Position numbers and translations under genes: made by a program. DNA of 64,000 nucleotides from the human T2T-CHM13v2.0 reference genome, Homo sapiens. Within the stretch, counting starts at the first letter, position 1. Every line of letters starts with the position of its first letter. The stretch lies in NCBI RefSeq assembly GCF_009914755.1, contig NC_060936.1. One strand, given 5' to 3'. The notes beneath the pieces are model-generated. The model saw only the letters and a program-made list of their open reading frames with translations, made no database searches and had not been told where the DNA came from. Shown piece by piece: positions 13,321 through 29,875 of this stretch.

Positions 13321-13529
13321 ACCCAAACTAGAAAGATATGATGACTGTGAATTCAGAGTATTTTATAGAGAATAGAGAACCATTGTTTTATAGAATATTC
13401 TGAGGAGATCAGGACTCCTTTATACTCTTAAATAAAAGTGCTATGTCTATTGATATTTATCATGTTTGAAATTAAAACTGAGAAAATTTCTAAACATTCA
13501 TTTTGTAATTAAAGAATTACAATAATATA

Positions 13530-13812
13530 GCTAGGTGAGTCCCAGTTACTTGGGAGGCTGAGGCAGGAGCATGGCTTGAGGCCAGGAATTTGATGCCGAA
13601 GTGCTCCAGGAACACGGCTGTGAATAGCCATTGCTTTCTAGCCTGGCTAGAACATAGCGAGACCCCATCTCTACAAAAATAAAAAAATTAACCAGACATG
13701 CAGCTCATCCCTATAATCCCAGCTACTCAGGATGCTGAGATGGGAGGATCACTTGAGCTCAAGAATTCAAGACTATCCTGGACAACATAGCAAGACCCTA
13801 TCTGTAAAATAA
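13530..13812 (+). mobile_element. Degenerate old Alu monomers (AluJ/FLAM/FAM)
   Basis: Two diverged arms. Confidence 0.7.
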
Positions 13813-13852
13813 ATATCACAATAATACACCTATCACACATGAACATAAATAA

Positions 13853-14273
<421 letters not shown>

Positions 14274-14371
14274 TAGTTAGATTCTCTTTTTCTGTTTCTA
14301 CATTCAGTCTGTTGTGATATGTTATTTTAGCTAAAGTATAGGAAGAAAAGCTTGCCTCACACAGATATGTA

Positions 14372-14496
14372 CAGTAGTCCTCTCTTATCCAAGGGGGATA
14401 CATTCCAAGGCCCCCAGTGGATGCCTGAAACCTCAGATAGTACCAAGCCATACACACACACATACACACACATATACACATACATGTATGTATGTA

Positions 14497-14528
<32 letters not shown>

Positions 14529-15134
14529 CGTGTGTGTATATGTACAGCCACGTACCACATAACAACATTTTGGTCAATGACAGACTGCATGTCTGACAGT
14601 GATACCATAAGATTATAATGGAACATATATAAAAACTTGTTATATGCCATTTGATATTGGCCTTGCAGGTCAAGTAAGAGAAATGATTGATGTTAAGTAA
14701 AGGTGCTGGGACATTTGGTTTTCCATATTAAAAAATATATATATATAAATGAAAATATATATATAAGGCCTAGGTTTGTGTAAGTACACTCTTTAATGTT
14801 TACACAATGACTAAATTGCCAACAACACATTATCCCTATCATTAAGCAATGCATGACCATACTGGGTTTTGTGAATCTGATAACCAAGATGGCTGCTAAG
14901 TGGCTAAAGGGCAAGTAGTTTATACAGCATGGATACACTGGACAAAGGGATGATTCACATCCTGGGAGGATAGAGCAGGACAGCTCAAGAGTTCATCATG
15001 CTACTCAGAACAGTATGCAATTTAAAACTTATGAATTGTTTTTCTAGAATTTTTTATTTAATATTTTTGGACTGTAGTTGATGGTAGCTAACTGCAACTG
15101 CAGAAAGCAAAACCACAGATGGGGGGTACTTCTG
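14372..15134. mobile_element. MER44/Tigger7-like DNA transposon
   Basis: Starts cagtagtcctctcttatcc and ends ...gcagaaagcaaaaccacagatggggggtacttctg. Confidence 0.7.
14545..14859 (+). mobile_element. Tigger3a-like element nested in MER44
   Basis: cataacaacattttggtcaatgacagactgcat...cataagattataatgg...ttaagcaatgcatgac. Confidence 0.7.
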
Positions 15135-15271
15135 AAGTTGGAAAAGAGCGGACCATGTGCTTCCTGAGAGGGCCTTAGGGACTCTAAGGATCCTCAACTA
15201 CCCTTTGAGAACTGCTGCATAAGAACATAAATTCTAAAGTGAATATTTGATGACATTCAGGAGAACAACAC

Positions 15272-15662
15272 TGTCTAAGTAATGTTACCACAACAGAGTA
15301 CCATAGACTGGGTAATTTATAACAGACAGAAATTTATTTGGCTGACATTTCTAGAGACTGAAAAGTACAAGGGCATGGTGCCAGTACCTGGTGAAGACCT
15401 TTGTGCTACATCATCCCATGGTAGAAGGCCAAAGGGCAGAAGAAGCTAACAGTGAGAGAGCAAGAGAGGGCCAAACTTGCTTTTATCACAAAGCCCACTA
15501 TTGAGATAACCAGCCCACTCCTGCAATAACATCAGTCCACTCATGATGGCAGAGTCCTCACATGACCTAATCACCTCTTATCAGACCTTGCTGCCCAACA
15601 GTGTTGCATTGGGGATTAAGTTTTAATACATGAACTTTGGGGGACACATTCAAACCATAGCA
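15272..15662. mobile_element. Solo MaLR LTR (MST/MLT1A-like)
   Basis: TG...CA ends, typical agactgggtaatttata and ttgggggacacattcaaaccatagca; TSD aacac/gacac. Confidence 0.85.
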
Positions 15663-16958
15663 GACACTTATATATAATTGCTGATACACTGCATGTAATT
15701 CTTCCCTTTCTCCTCTTTGAGAAGCATATCACAGTGCAAACAAGAGCATCATAGGATAACCTTAAATCTGCTCTTCTCAATTTTTAAAAAAGCAATTCCT
15801 TCACACAGCTAATAGTTATAGGTGTATTTTGACACACACCCAACTGATGGCAACATACCATGTGTTGAAGCAACATGGTGGCTGACCTCTGTCACAGACA
15901 ATTTCTAATGCCTGGGGCCATTCATCCTGGTGATAGGCAACACCACATAACTATGTCATTGTTGATTTCCCTTAGGAACCAGAGTTCCCACAGTATAGAT
16001 ATTCCATGGTCAATCAGCCAGTGCTTCTTCATGAGCACTTCCTGTGTGTTTACCAGGAACCAGTGGGATAACAAATCAAGTCTCTACTTAGTGTGTGTTA
16101 GGCAGGCTAGCATTTCTATGTGGAGAAACCTCCGATGGGTTTACACTAAGGGTGAAATGTATGTCAGGATTTGATGAGCTGTCTGTACTTTCCCTGAACT
16201 CACTCAGAGGGATGTTCCATCTATAGATGCTTAACTTGTATTATGAACTTTGATTTTACTTAACTGGATCTCTTTGTGGAATTTTTTTTTCAATTTTAGA
16301 ATATTGCATCTTCAATCTAGAAACATGAGGAACTACAGAAAAGCATATGAACACCGAAAACCTATAGGCCACTTATCCATTTTGATGTATTTTAGTCATC
16401 ATTCTGTTTTTTTATTGCTGTTTATTAATTCAGTATATTTCCAAACAGCATCTATAATCTAAGTATTTTTTACTATTTTTAATTTTGTTCTCAGACTATA
16501 TCTTCAGTTTTCCTTAAACTGTTTCATGTGGAAACTTGGTAAACAGGTAGTTACAAGTACTAATATATTATGACAGTTTTAAATCTATTGTAAAAATAAG
16601 TCCTCTCCTCTAAAAACATAATATTCAATAAGAGTCTGTTGTTATATGGTTAGCCTAGAATGAAGGTATTGGTTTTGTCAAAACCGGCATTCATGGGATT
16701 TGACTTTCATCCTGCATATCACCTCCTAATGCCTGCAGGATATGGAAGTCATCGGGAAGTGCAGGCACTCTGTCAGCAGAAAAATGGGAGATGGGTAACA
16801 TAGGGAAGATGTCATTTTTACACACAATAAGCTACAAATCTAAAACATTTATTATGTCATTGATTATCCTATTGAAAAAAATTAAAAGGAAGCACCGAAG
16901 TCTCCAACAATAGGAAAATTCTTTGAGGATGTATTTACCCAATAGAATTTTATTCACT

Positions 16959-17302
16959 ATTTATTTATTTATTTATTTATTATTATTTATTTATTATTAT
17001 TTATTTATTTGATAGGGCTTGCTGTGTCGCCTGTGCTGGAGTGCAGTGGCATGATCCACTGCCCTCCAGGTTGGCTCACTGCAACCTCTGCCTCCCGGGC
17101 TCAAGTGATTCTCTCACCTCAGCCTCCTGGTCCCTGGTACCATAGGCGCCCACCACCACGCCCAACTAATTTTTGTATTTTTTGTAGAGATGGGTTTTCA
17201 CCATGTTGTCCAGGCTGGTCTCAAACTCCTGGACTCAAGTGATCTGCCTGCCTCGACCACCAGAAGTTTTGGGATTACAGGAGTGAGCCATCATCCCCAG
17301 CC
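16959..17302 (-). mobile_element. AluJ-like
   Basis: Dimer, (TTTA)n tail, TSD cca(a/g)tagaattttat. Confidence 0.9.
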
Positions 17303-18016
17303 GCCAGTAGAATTTTATACAGGCAGTAAGAGTGAGAGTTGGGAGAACCGTGTAGCAACATGGATAGACTTAATGATAAGTGAAAAATCAGACCCAAGAT
17401 ATTATGTATTCTATGATTTTCCAACTCTGTCAAAATACCTGTGTATTTGAAAAAAAAAACAGAAAGAAAATACATGAAAATGATAGTTGTATGCAAGGTG
17501 GTGAGATTATAGATATTATTTCCTATATTTTGCACATTTTGGCAATATTGTATGCTTTTACACCTTGTGGCAAATGTCTGGGTTTGGTAAGATATAATGT
17601 CAAATTAGCATTAATACTTTATTTTTCTAATCATAACGCGAGTGATTTTTTTAAGCAAACATCACAAGTATTATATACATTCAAAATGACTGCTGACCCT
17701 TTGAAAGGAGTTGCCTGGTGTAGTATTGCCATTGCTTAGCATATTTTCTCAACTGCACTCTTGAAGAGTTTAAATTGAGTGGTTCTGGCAACAAAGATGG
17801 GAACTTTGGGGCTGGGGACTTCATTCAAGAGGAGAATAAGATTTTCCTGCATCAGGTGGGGTGCTCATGAGACATCCAGGTATTGATATCTTCAGATGCA
17901 GAATTTAACTAAGGTTAACTCTTGAGGTTTCTTGGACATGTTGTTTTCAAAAATAATGATAAAGGCATTCTCTTTCTACTATTTCTTTTTCTTACCCCCT
18001 GCATCCCCCTATTTAG

Positions 18017-18256
<240 letters not shown>

Positions 18257-18676
18257 TAAATTAATTTGATGATTTAAAAAATATATTAGCTGTATTTTAC
18301 TCCCAATTCCAGTTATTTGGCTTAGCTACTAAAATACTAAAAACTTTCCTAAAATACCTGATATGGAAGTTAGTTGTTAAAAATCAATAAGCAAACAGAA
18401 ATCAATTTTAAGAAGCTCTTTAGAAAATGCTGCTTAATCTAAGAGATGTCTAAGATGATAAGTGAAAAATAAGACCCAAGACAATAGATGAAGAAAATGA
18501 ACTCCCCCAAGGCCCAGTGTGAGGTCTAATTTGGGTTTGCTAGTGAATCTATTTTTTTAAATCTGAACATCTCCTTGAAATGGCAAGAATTTCTCCTTGT
18601 TCAAAGATGACTTTCTTCATTTCTTCTGTCATGGTAGCCCTTCCAAAAAATGAGAATAAAATAAGGTTTTTAAATA

Positions 18677-19042
18677 CAGATGGTTCCCAACTTATGATGG
18701 CTCAACTTATAATTTTTCCGCTTTACATTCTGCAAAAAAGCAGTGCACGTTCAGTAGAAACCATACTTTGAGTACCCATACAACCGTCCTGTTTTTCACT
18801 TTCAGTATAGTATTCAATAAATTACATGAGATATTCAATACTTTATTATAAAATGGGCTTTGTGTTAGATGATTTTGGCCAACTGTAGGCGAATGTAAGT
18901 GTTCAGAACATGTTTAAGGTAGGCTAGGCTAAGATGTGATGTTCAGTAGGTTATGTATATTAAATGCATTTTTACTTACAGCAGTTTCAACTTAAAATGG
19001 GTTTATTGGGACATAACCCCATCATAAGTCAAGGAGCATCTG
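18677..19042 (-). mobile_element. MER47A (Tigger5-derived)
   Basis: TIRs cagatggttcccaactta / taagtcaaggagcatctg, TA TSD, internal match to the recalled consensus. Confidence 0.85.
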
Positions 19043-19866
19043 TATTATATTGAAATTAGTTGTTGAACATTGGCTTTATTTTCTCTATCATTAGCTAAAA
19101 AGGAGTTTGTATTAATGTATTTGAAGAAGTTAGTGTTTAAGTTACTCTTAATGACTTAAAATGACTCTGAAAGAATAGTTAATGGTATCTTCAAAACAGC
19201 TGTCCGTAAACATAAGCGTAAGTGATATCTTGATTAACTCCTCGAGAAACTGAGTTATCCTGGGGGTATCCCACTCAGACAAAGGTCACTACTGCTTCCC
19301 TGGCATTAGAATTGGCTTGGGTTTTTCACTCCCTATTGGGAAGATAAGCACTTGGCAACTGAAAAGGTTTAAAGTTTCTTCATTGAGATATTCAGCAGTT
19401 CTAAGAAAGAACTGGAAAAAGTGAAACTATTTGTAAAACAGAGATTTCACTCAGTCAAAGTCACAAATAACTGCCAAATTTTTGAAACCTCTGTTTACTA
19501 CTCTTTGGTTAGGATCCAGTCCACAGTGGACTTTTTTGAGAATAGTTATTACCTAGGTGACAAAAGAAAGGATTGAGAGTAGCCTTAGAACTTATATTCT
19601 TAATAAATTAAAAAGCCACTCTGTTGAAAACAATATGAGTGGCCCAGATGTCTGCATATAGGGTAACACCTGGTAAATCTTGAACTCTCTGATAAGATAA
19701 CTTTTCAATTAAAAAAAAGTTAAAATTGTGCTGTTGCCTTCTACCAAAATTCCTATTACATTCTATGTTAGTTATTTGTTAGCATATGACATCTAATGAT
19801 GATCTCATAATTATAATTTTATTGGCCACACTGCCATAGCCTTTATGCGTTATAATTCTCAGGCTG

Positions 19867-20249
<383 letters not shown>

Positions 20250-20253
20250 CTAA

Positions 20254-20592
<339 letters not shown>

Positions 20593-21185
20593 TAGGCTCT
20601 TTTCATAAGATGACTGATGTATGTGGAACTGCCCCTGTTTGAGAGTTGTGCTTTTCCTCCAAGTTATTCCAAGCATATCACAACGGTTTTTTTTTTAATC
20701 AGCCATTGATTATTTATTGGCAAGCAAAATAGGTATTTAGAATTTTTTAATGTTTGCTTTTTTAAGGAGATGGATTTTTTTTTAAACTGTCCTTCCCATA
20801 CTAGTCTTTTGGTTTCCTACAAATCACATTTTATTTCACTTGTCCTGTGAGAAGTCAAGGGAAAATTAGTAGGAAAGGGATATGTTCATATGTGGGTTTT
20901 CAAAAAGCAGACTGACTCAGATCTAAAGTAAGGGACTAAGGCAGTATTCCTGGCTTCTAGTTACAATTTTTTCAGCTACTCTGAAATTAATCAGTTTTCC
21001 CTTATTTATGTCTCAGTTTCTCCCCATTTAGTCTGAGACACTGTTAGACAGTCCTGGGAATTTTCCAAGGGTGCTCAATATATTTAATCTGATCTTCCTA
21101 ATTTTATGTTTTTATTTTAGCCATGTGGTGAGAAAATTGATTGAGTATCATTTATTTTTTTGTTTGGGTTTTTTTTTTTCCTTAG

Positions 21186-21557
<372 letters not shown>

Positions 21558-21891
21558 TAGATATTTTTGTTCTACACCCTGAATATTCTACCCCTGGCCC
21601 AGAAGCCCAAGTCCTTCTACTGCTTAGTCCTTCTACTACCCGTCATGTTTGTTGATTTTTATTCTTTCTTGGCCCAGAAACCCTAAGGTACAAATGAAGG
21701 AGAGGAGAGAGATACTTACAGAGTGCCTACTTAGTCATGACCCCCACAACTTGTCAACCCTTTTCCTAGAGTTAGGAAAGCAAACTCAGCAAAATTAAGT
21801 GACTTTCCCAAATAAATATAGGGCTTGTATTTGAACCTAGACTTTAAAGTCTGTGCCCGTTCGCCTACAGAAGCCTTCCTTTTTCTTAACG

Positions 21892-22101
21892 ACAATTTCT
21901 CATCTGTGGTGCTATTGACATCTTGGGCTGGATAATTCTTTGTTGTGGGCTGTCGTGTGCATTGTAGGGTTTAGCAGCGTCCCTCCTGGCCTCTACCCAC
22001 TAGATGCCAGTAGCATCCTGAGAGCTGTGACAACCAAAAATGTCTGCAGACATTGCCAGATGTCCCTGGGGGGCAAAATTGCCCTCCATTGAGAGCCACT
22101 G
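21892..22101 (+). mobile_element. MER20 (hAT-Charlie MITE)
   Basis: ctattgacatcttgggctggataattctttgttg...gacaaccaaaaatgtctgcagacattgcc. Confidence 0.85.
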
Positions 22102-22227
22102 CTCTAAACCATCTTAGAGTTTTATTTAATTTATATAAATGACAAATCACTTTATTGCTTTACTTTGATCTGTCCACCTGCTCTCTTCTACCTCTGTCTT
22201 TAGAAGAGTCACCAACAGATCTTAACA

Positions 22228-22395
22228 CCTTGCTTCTTAAAGTGTGATCTGAGGACTAGCAGCAACAAGATCACTGGAGAGTGTGTTAGAAATGCAGAAT
22301 TCTAGGCCCCAAATCAGAACTACTGAATCAGAATCTGCATTTTTAACAAGATCCTTGTGTGACTCAAAAGTACACTAAAGTTTGAGAAAGGACTA
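22228..22395. mobile_element. MER5A
   Basis: gttagaaatgcagaattct...tactgaatcagaatctgcatttttaacaagatcc. Confidence 0.8.
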
Positions 22396-23076
22396 TCTTA
22401 CAGATCAGGCCCCTAATCCCACCTGCAAGTGTAGGGCAAAGAGGACTGGAAGAAGACAAGCTTATCTGTCCCTTAACATGCTCATCCACATTAGTTCTCT
22501 TCCTTTTTCTGCCACAGAGAAGCATGACAGTAAAAGGCTCCTACTCACCAGCCTCTGAACCAGCTACAACTATTCTGTTCTTCCATTTGACCTACAAAAA
22601 AAATAGCTACTGTAATGTTTAATTCTTCCTGTTCTCCATTCCCAGCCACCTTTCCCTCAGTCCTAATCCCTCTAGTCTTCTCACTACTTCAGTGACTATA
22701 ACAATGGCTTCCCGGTATGTAGCATGATCAACATTTTCAAGCCCTGACTTTGCCACCCTTTCTTCACTCTCCTGTTCTTATTTGTCTCAAAGACATCTCC
22801 CCATGGCTGTCTCCAGATACCTGAGCACTTGATAAATATCAGCTGTTACCACTACCCCCTGATGACACTTTTCAGGTTCCCCTTTGCTCAGTAGTCCTTC
22901 TGCCCATCTAGTTTCTAGGAACCTATAACTTTGGAGTATTTTCTGTCTCTTTTCTCTCCACTCCCAGCAAATATCTGATGTGTCTTAAATGCATCTTTCT
23001 TCATAGTATTTCTGTGGATATCTTTCTTCATAGTATCTAAGATCTGCCCCTTCCTTTGCATTTCTATAATTCATTC

Positions 23077-23275
23077 AGTACTTTATAAAAATGTGGTCTC
23101 AAGACCACCTGCATCATAATTACACAAGTTTCACTCACAAAAAAAGGCCAAGTCCCAGGCTGTATACCAAATCTACTGAATCCAAATATCTTTAGAGTAG
23201 GCTAAGGAAATATTTTTAACAAACATCCACACCCCTCACTCCCTGAGATTCTAATGCATGCTAAGATTTGGGATT
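23077..23275. mobile_element. MER5-family fragment
   Basis: tactgaatcc...tttttaacaaacatcc...gattctaatgcatgctaag. Confidence 0.55.
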
Positions 23276-24379
23276 TCTGTAGCCTAATCCAGACCCTTAT
23301 CAATTCATGCATGTAACAGCCTCCTAACTTCTGCCCTTCCCCTCTGTATGTAGTTAGTCTGAATGACTCTTTCAAATCTCTGTCATCATCTGTGACTCCT
23401 TTACTCAAGAACCAGTAGTGGATCTAATTAAATAAAATTCAGATCCCTCAGCCTGGCCTTCAAAGCCCTCTCCAACTCACCCGCATTTTACCAACCATAT
23501 TCCTTTTTAACTCTACAAATGGTGCAGATAATCCGAACACTTATAGTTCATTTATTGTTTCCACCCTCCCACTCTGCACATGACTGTTATCTCCTCCTAA
23601 AATGTATGCCTTACTCTTCTTCCCAAGTATGACAAAGTAAGGACCAAGTGTAAATCAAGAAGTGAGCACCTCTCCCACTCCTAAAAAGTAAGTCTTAATA
23701 AAAATAAATTAATTAACCTTAATGTTCAATGTAGTAAAATAGGAGATTAAAACAAAAATAAATAAAGCTTGTATCTGATGGCTTGACATTTGGCTATGCA
23801 AAAAAATATAAAAGTCACCATCACTGTCTTGCTAAAGCGATTTTATTTTTATAAATGTTAGGAAAACAAAATTTGTTCTTAAAATATGATGACATGAAGT
23901 GTATTTCAGTTCTACCTTCTTGGTTTTTTGTATGAAAGGATGGCACTTCAAGCCTCATTTTTTTTTCTGACGTGGGTCCTCTCAAACTCTGCTCATGAAT
24001 ATGTGGCATCTGTACACTTTGTGACCCTCCCCAGTAATGTATATTCACCTTTTTATTTTGGGGAAATGTCCTTCCAAAATGGATACAGCCTTTGTTTTTT
24101 CTGATTATAAGAGAAGTAATATATTTTCGGGTACATATATATGTATGTAAAACTATAAAAGACCCAAGAAAAGAGGTGCTAAACTCCTTGTATTACAACC
24201 AAAACCAAACACATTCCCACCTGGTAACATGAGCATTAAAATACTACGTGGGCCAAACACAACACAACAGAGCCTCTTTGAGTCTGTCACGTGAAGTCCA
24301 TTGGCTTCCAGTTTGCAACCCTGAGTTCGATGGATAACTTTTCTGCATTTGTTCCTTTTTTCCAATGCTACTGGCATAG

Positions 24380-24886
<507 letters not shown>

Positions 24887-25382
24887 TGAGAGCAAACAGG
24901 GTGCTGTCAGCCTTGGGGATTGGTTCAGCTATGGGCTTGGTAGAGAGATTCTGGAATAACCAATTTACTTGGAGAACTGATTCCACCATCCCAGTATCAT
25001 TCTAGGCCTTTCCTAAATGAGGTGGAATCCTAAGATGATCCTGGACCCACCTCTGTCACTTCTGGATCATCTGGGTCAGAGGCTGGGATAAGCCCTCGAG
25101 TACTTCCCTGCCATTCATCTGAGTTATAGCCCTGAAACCAACCTATAGCCGCATTTAGCTTTGGGTGGGTCATTGCCGTCCGTGAGTAGGTTTTGATGTT
25201 ATATCCCATCTGGACAGAAGTTTTGGGGGCCCGTGGATATGGTTTGCTTATCGCGAGTTGTAGTAAGAATTCTAGAGAGGAGTCAGAGCTGGCCCCTCAT
25301 CCCCACCAGAGGCAGAGTTCTCAGTGTGGAGTGGGCATGTTGCCTCAGAGCTGCCTGATCTCCCTTTTCCTTGCGTGTCTAG

Positions 25383-25511
<129 letters not shown>

Positions 25512-25904
25512 TGAGGAGCAGATGGGCTGGGGACACTCGTGTTGCTCACAGACACAGTTGTGCCAGGGCTAGTGGTGGGTGAGGGGCAGCTCAGTGGCTA
25601 TCTTCAAGAACTTTGCTCCCCACCCCACCATTTTGAAGGAAACTTAGATTGTTTCCCCTATTTGTATCTGACAAGTATATAACAAGTTTCTATTCTCACA
25701 CTTTTCATCATCCATTTTCTCTTGGCATCAGCCCAAAAATTTCCATTAGAATGTCCTATTCTGTCATGGCTGTGCCTGCCTCCTGACTACCCTTTTCTCC
25801 TCCCTCTCACTGCTTCTTTGTAGGACATCTTCTTGACTCCTGAGGGCCTTGCCCCATTAGCCTTTGCAGCATAGCCCCAGCCCTGCCACCCTCTCCATTT
25901 CTGA

Positions 25905-26330
<426 letters not shown>

Positions 26331-27629
26331 TAAAGTGCTTTAGGCTGCTGCTTTGAGCCTGTGGGATTAGAATCCATACTTGTTCACATTGTGATCCTCT
26401 TAGCACTGTCCCTCTCATGTGTCCCCACTGCCTGGTTTACCCCATCCTTAGCAGCCCCTAAAATGAACTTCCCTCTCTTACCTAATACCCCAGATCTCTT
26501 GTTCTTTGCTTTTCAGTTACCCAGGATGGGAGGGAGGTGTTATTCCTCCACTTACTGTCCCTTCACAGCCTACTGGATTTAGAGAACCCATGGCATTAGC
26601 AAATGTTTAGAGTCAGATCTCTGGTACAAAGGTTATTTATATTCACATTGTCCTAAGTGCTTATTAATCAGTGAAACATACAAGGCCCTGAACACACAGG
26701 CTCCTCCACTGCTGAGACTAATTATCTTGGCATTTGCTTTTATTTTTAGCTGGGTTATAACTGAGGAGACCTGGACAGGGTGTGGTGTGAGGGAGTTGCT
26801 TGCTGGTTGAATAGTTTTGAGGACTGCCGGGACTAGAGACAGTACACACTTTCCTTAAGGGAAAGGTGAAGAATGCATAATGTTGAAGTATATTTAAAGA
26901 AGGTGGGCACATTCATGTAGGTGTGGAATCAAAGCTTAATCTGGAAGCAAAAAAAAAAACATAGCAAGGGAGAAACCCCAAATTCAGTGTTAAAGATTTT
27001 GACAGTGACTTGGGAAGTTTCACTGACTTGTGAGGCAGGAGAATAAGAAAAGCTGAGAGAGGCAGCAGTGTGTATTAAAGACAAGCCCAAGGGTGAAGAA
27101 GACAGCTTTCATGAAAAGAGGACCATGGGAAGTAAGGGGAAGGTTTACACAGGAAGGTGTCAGGATTAAAGTAGGAGGCAAAAAAGATGGCTTGGTAGCC
27201 ACTGATCTGAGTGAAGGGGAGCCAGACCACCCCGCCTGCCCCTGGGCCACTTGTTGCATCAACGAGCATTCACACAACACTTCCTGAGGTGCCGCAGAGG
27301 CACCCAAAATGACAGCATGGTCTCTGCCCTTAAGAAAAGAGAGGATCAGACTAAGCCGAGTGATTGGAGAAAGGCGTTTTATTATTGCTGTCATTGTTAT
27401 TCTTCAAATCTAGTGAACAAAAATCTAAACAGTATGACCCATCATTTGGCTCTTCTCTTTCCCATCTCTACAAAAAAGAATAAAGCAGTAGTGAACTAAA
27501 GGTTTTGAACTTTCTTTACTGCTCACCTTTGACAGTTTTTATTTGTCTTAATGATTAAGCAAAGGATATTTGGTTCAGTACCTGCAGACCCTGTGCAACA
27601 GTAGGCATGAGATTTAAGAATAACAAAGT

Positions 27630-27942
<313 letters not shown>

Positions 27943-28211
27943 CTAAAATGTCCAAGAAGAAACTAGAACGTGGTTACAATGGGACTAAAGAGGGTGGGGA
28001 TTAGGGCCCTCAGTGACATGAGATCAGTCTTGGGCATCTCACATACCTTGGATTATAGAAGGGATTTCCAACAGATGGGGTTAAGGGGAAACCTGACATG
28101 GAAGCTGTTGCCTTTTTGATTGAGCAAAGGGGATTTATTTGCACCGAGACCCTGAGTAGGACTGTGGAACCCATGACCCCTGTCCCCCCCACTGCCTGTT
28201 GATGAAAGTGG

Positions 28212-28797
<586 letters not shown>

Positions 28798-29021
28798 TTA
28801 GCAATTCCCTCCTCTTGGCACCATACCTGTATAGTCCACCACTCTGCAGATGGGAATGCTCACACCACCATATAAGGGATTATCCCATTCATGAATGCCA
28901 AAGAAATAAAATAGTGATAAGATTTTCTTCACCTGAGTATCTCCCACCTGTATGACCCTCCACCCATACTGTGGTGTCAAGGAACTAAAAGGAGGAAAGA
29001 TTTTGTCATTTCTTTTATATA

Positions 29022-29552
29022 TAGTATTGGTGAGGATGTGGAGAAATTGGAACACTCATATGCTTCTGGTAGGAATGTGAAATGATGCAACCACTTTGGA
29101 AAACAGTTTGGCAGTTCCTCAAAAAATTAAACAGTTACCATATGACTCAGCAATTCCATTCCTGGGCATATGCCCTAGAGAATGAAAGCATGTCTACCTA
29201 AAAACCCATACACAGATGTTCACAGCAGCATTGTTCACAATAGAAACAATACACATGTCCATCAACTGATGAAGGATAAACAGAATGTGGTATATCCATA
29301 TATTGGACTATTACTCAGCCGTAAGAAGGAAAATCTAGAGAGAGAAAGTAGGTGAGTGGCTGCCTAGGGCTAGGGGGTTGGGGGTTTAGGGGGTGATAGC
29401 TAAAGGGTGTGGGGGTTCTTTTGGAGGTAATGAAAATGTTCTAAAATTGATTGTGGTGATGGATGCACAACTCTGAATATACTAAAAGCCATTTTAAATG
29501 GCTGAATTTTATGATGTGTGGATTGTATCTCAATAAACCTATTAAAACATAA
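29022..29552 (+). mobile_element. L1MB-like 3' end
   Basis: ggtgaggatgtggagaaattggaac...ctcaataaa. Confidence 0.85.
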
Positions 29553-29701
29553 AAAGCCTGTGTAGTCGGGGAGTAAAGCGAAGGAGACAGGGAGCTGATG
29601 ACAGGCCAGCCCATGTGGGACGGCTCCCTGAGGATAGCAGTGCTCCCTGTGGCCTGCTTGCCTTTAGGCACTGTCATAGGCAGCTGCTGCCTCTCTTTTA
29701 G

Positions 29702-29875
29702 GCCTTCGAGGACATCTACATTGAGCAGAGAAAGACCATCCGCACCATCCTGGAATATGCTGACAAAGTCTTCACCTATATCTTCATCCTGGAGATGTTG
29801 CTCAAGTGGACAGCCTATGGCTTCGTCAAGTTCTTCACCAATGCCTGGTGTTGGCTGGACTTCCTCATTGTGGCT
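29702..29875 (+). CDS. SCN8A: SCN8A coding exon (~exon 20), DIII S2-S3
   Basis: tttag|GCC acceptor, GCT|gtaggt donor; encodes AFEDIYIEQ...DFLIVA. Confidence 0.96.
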
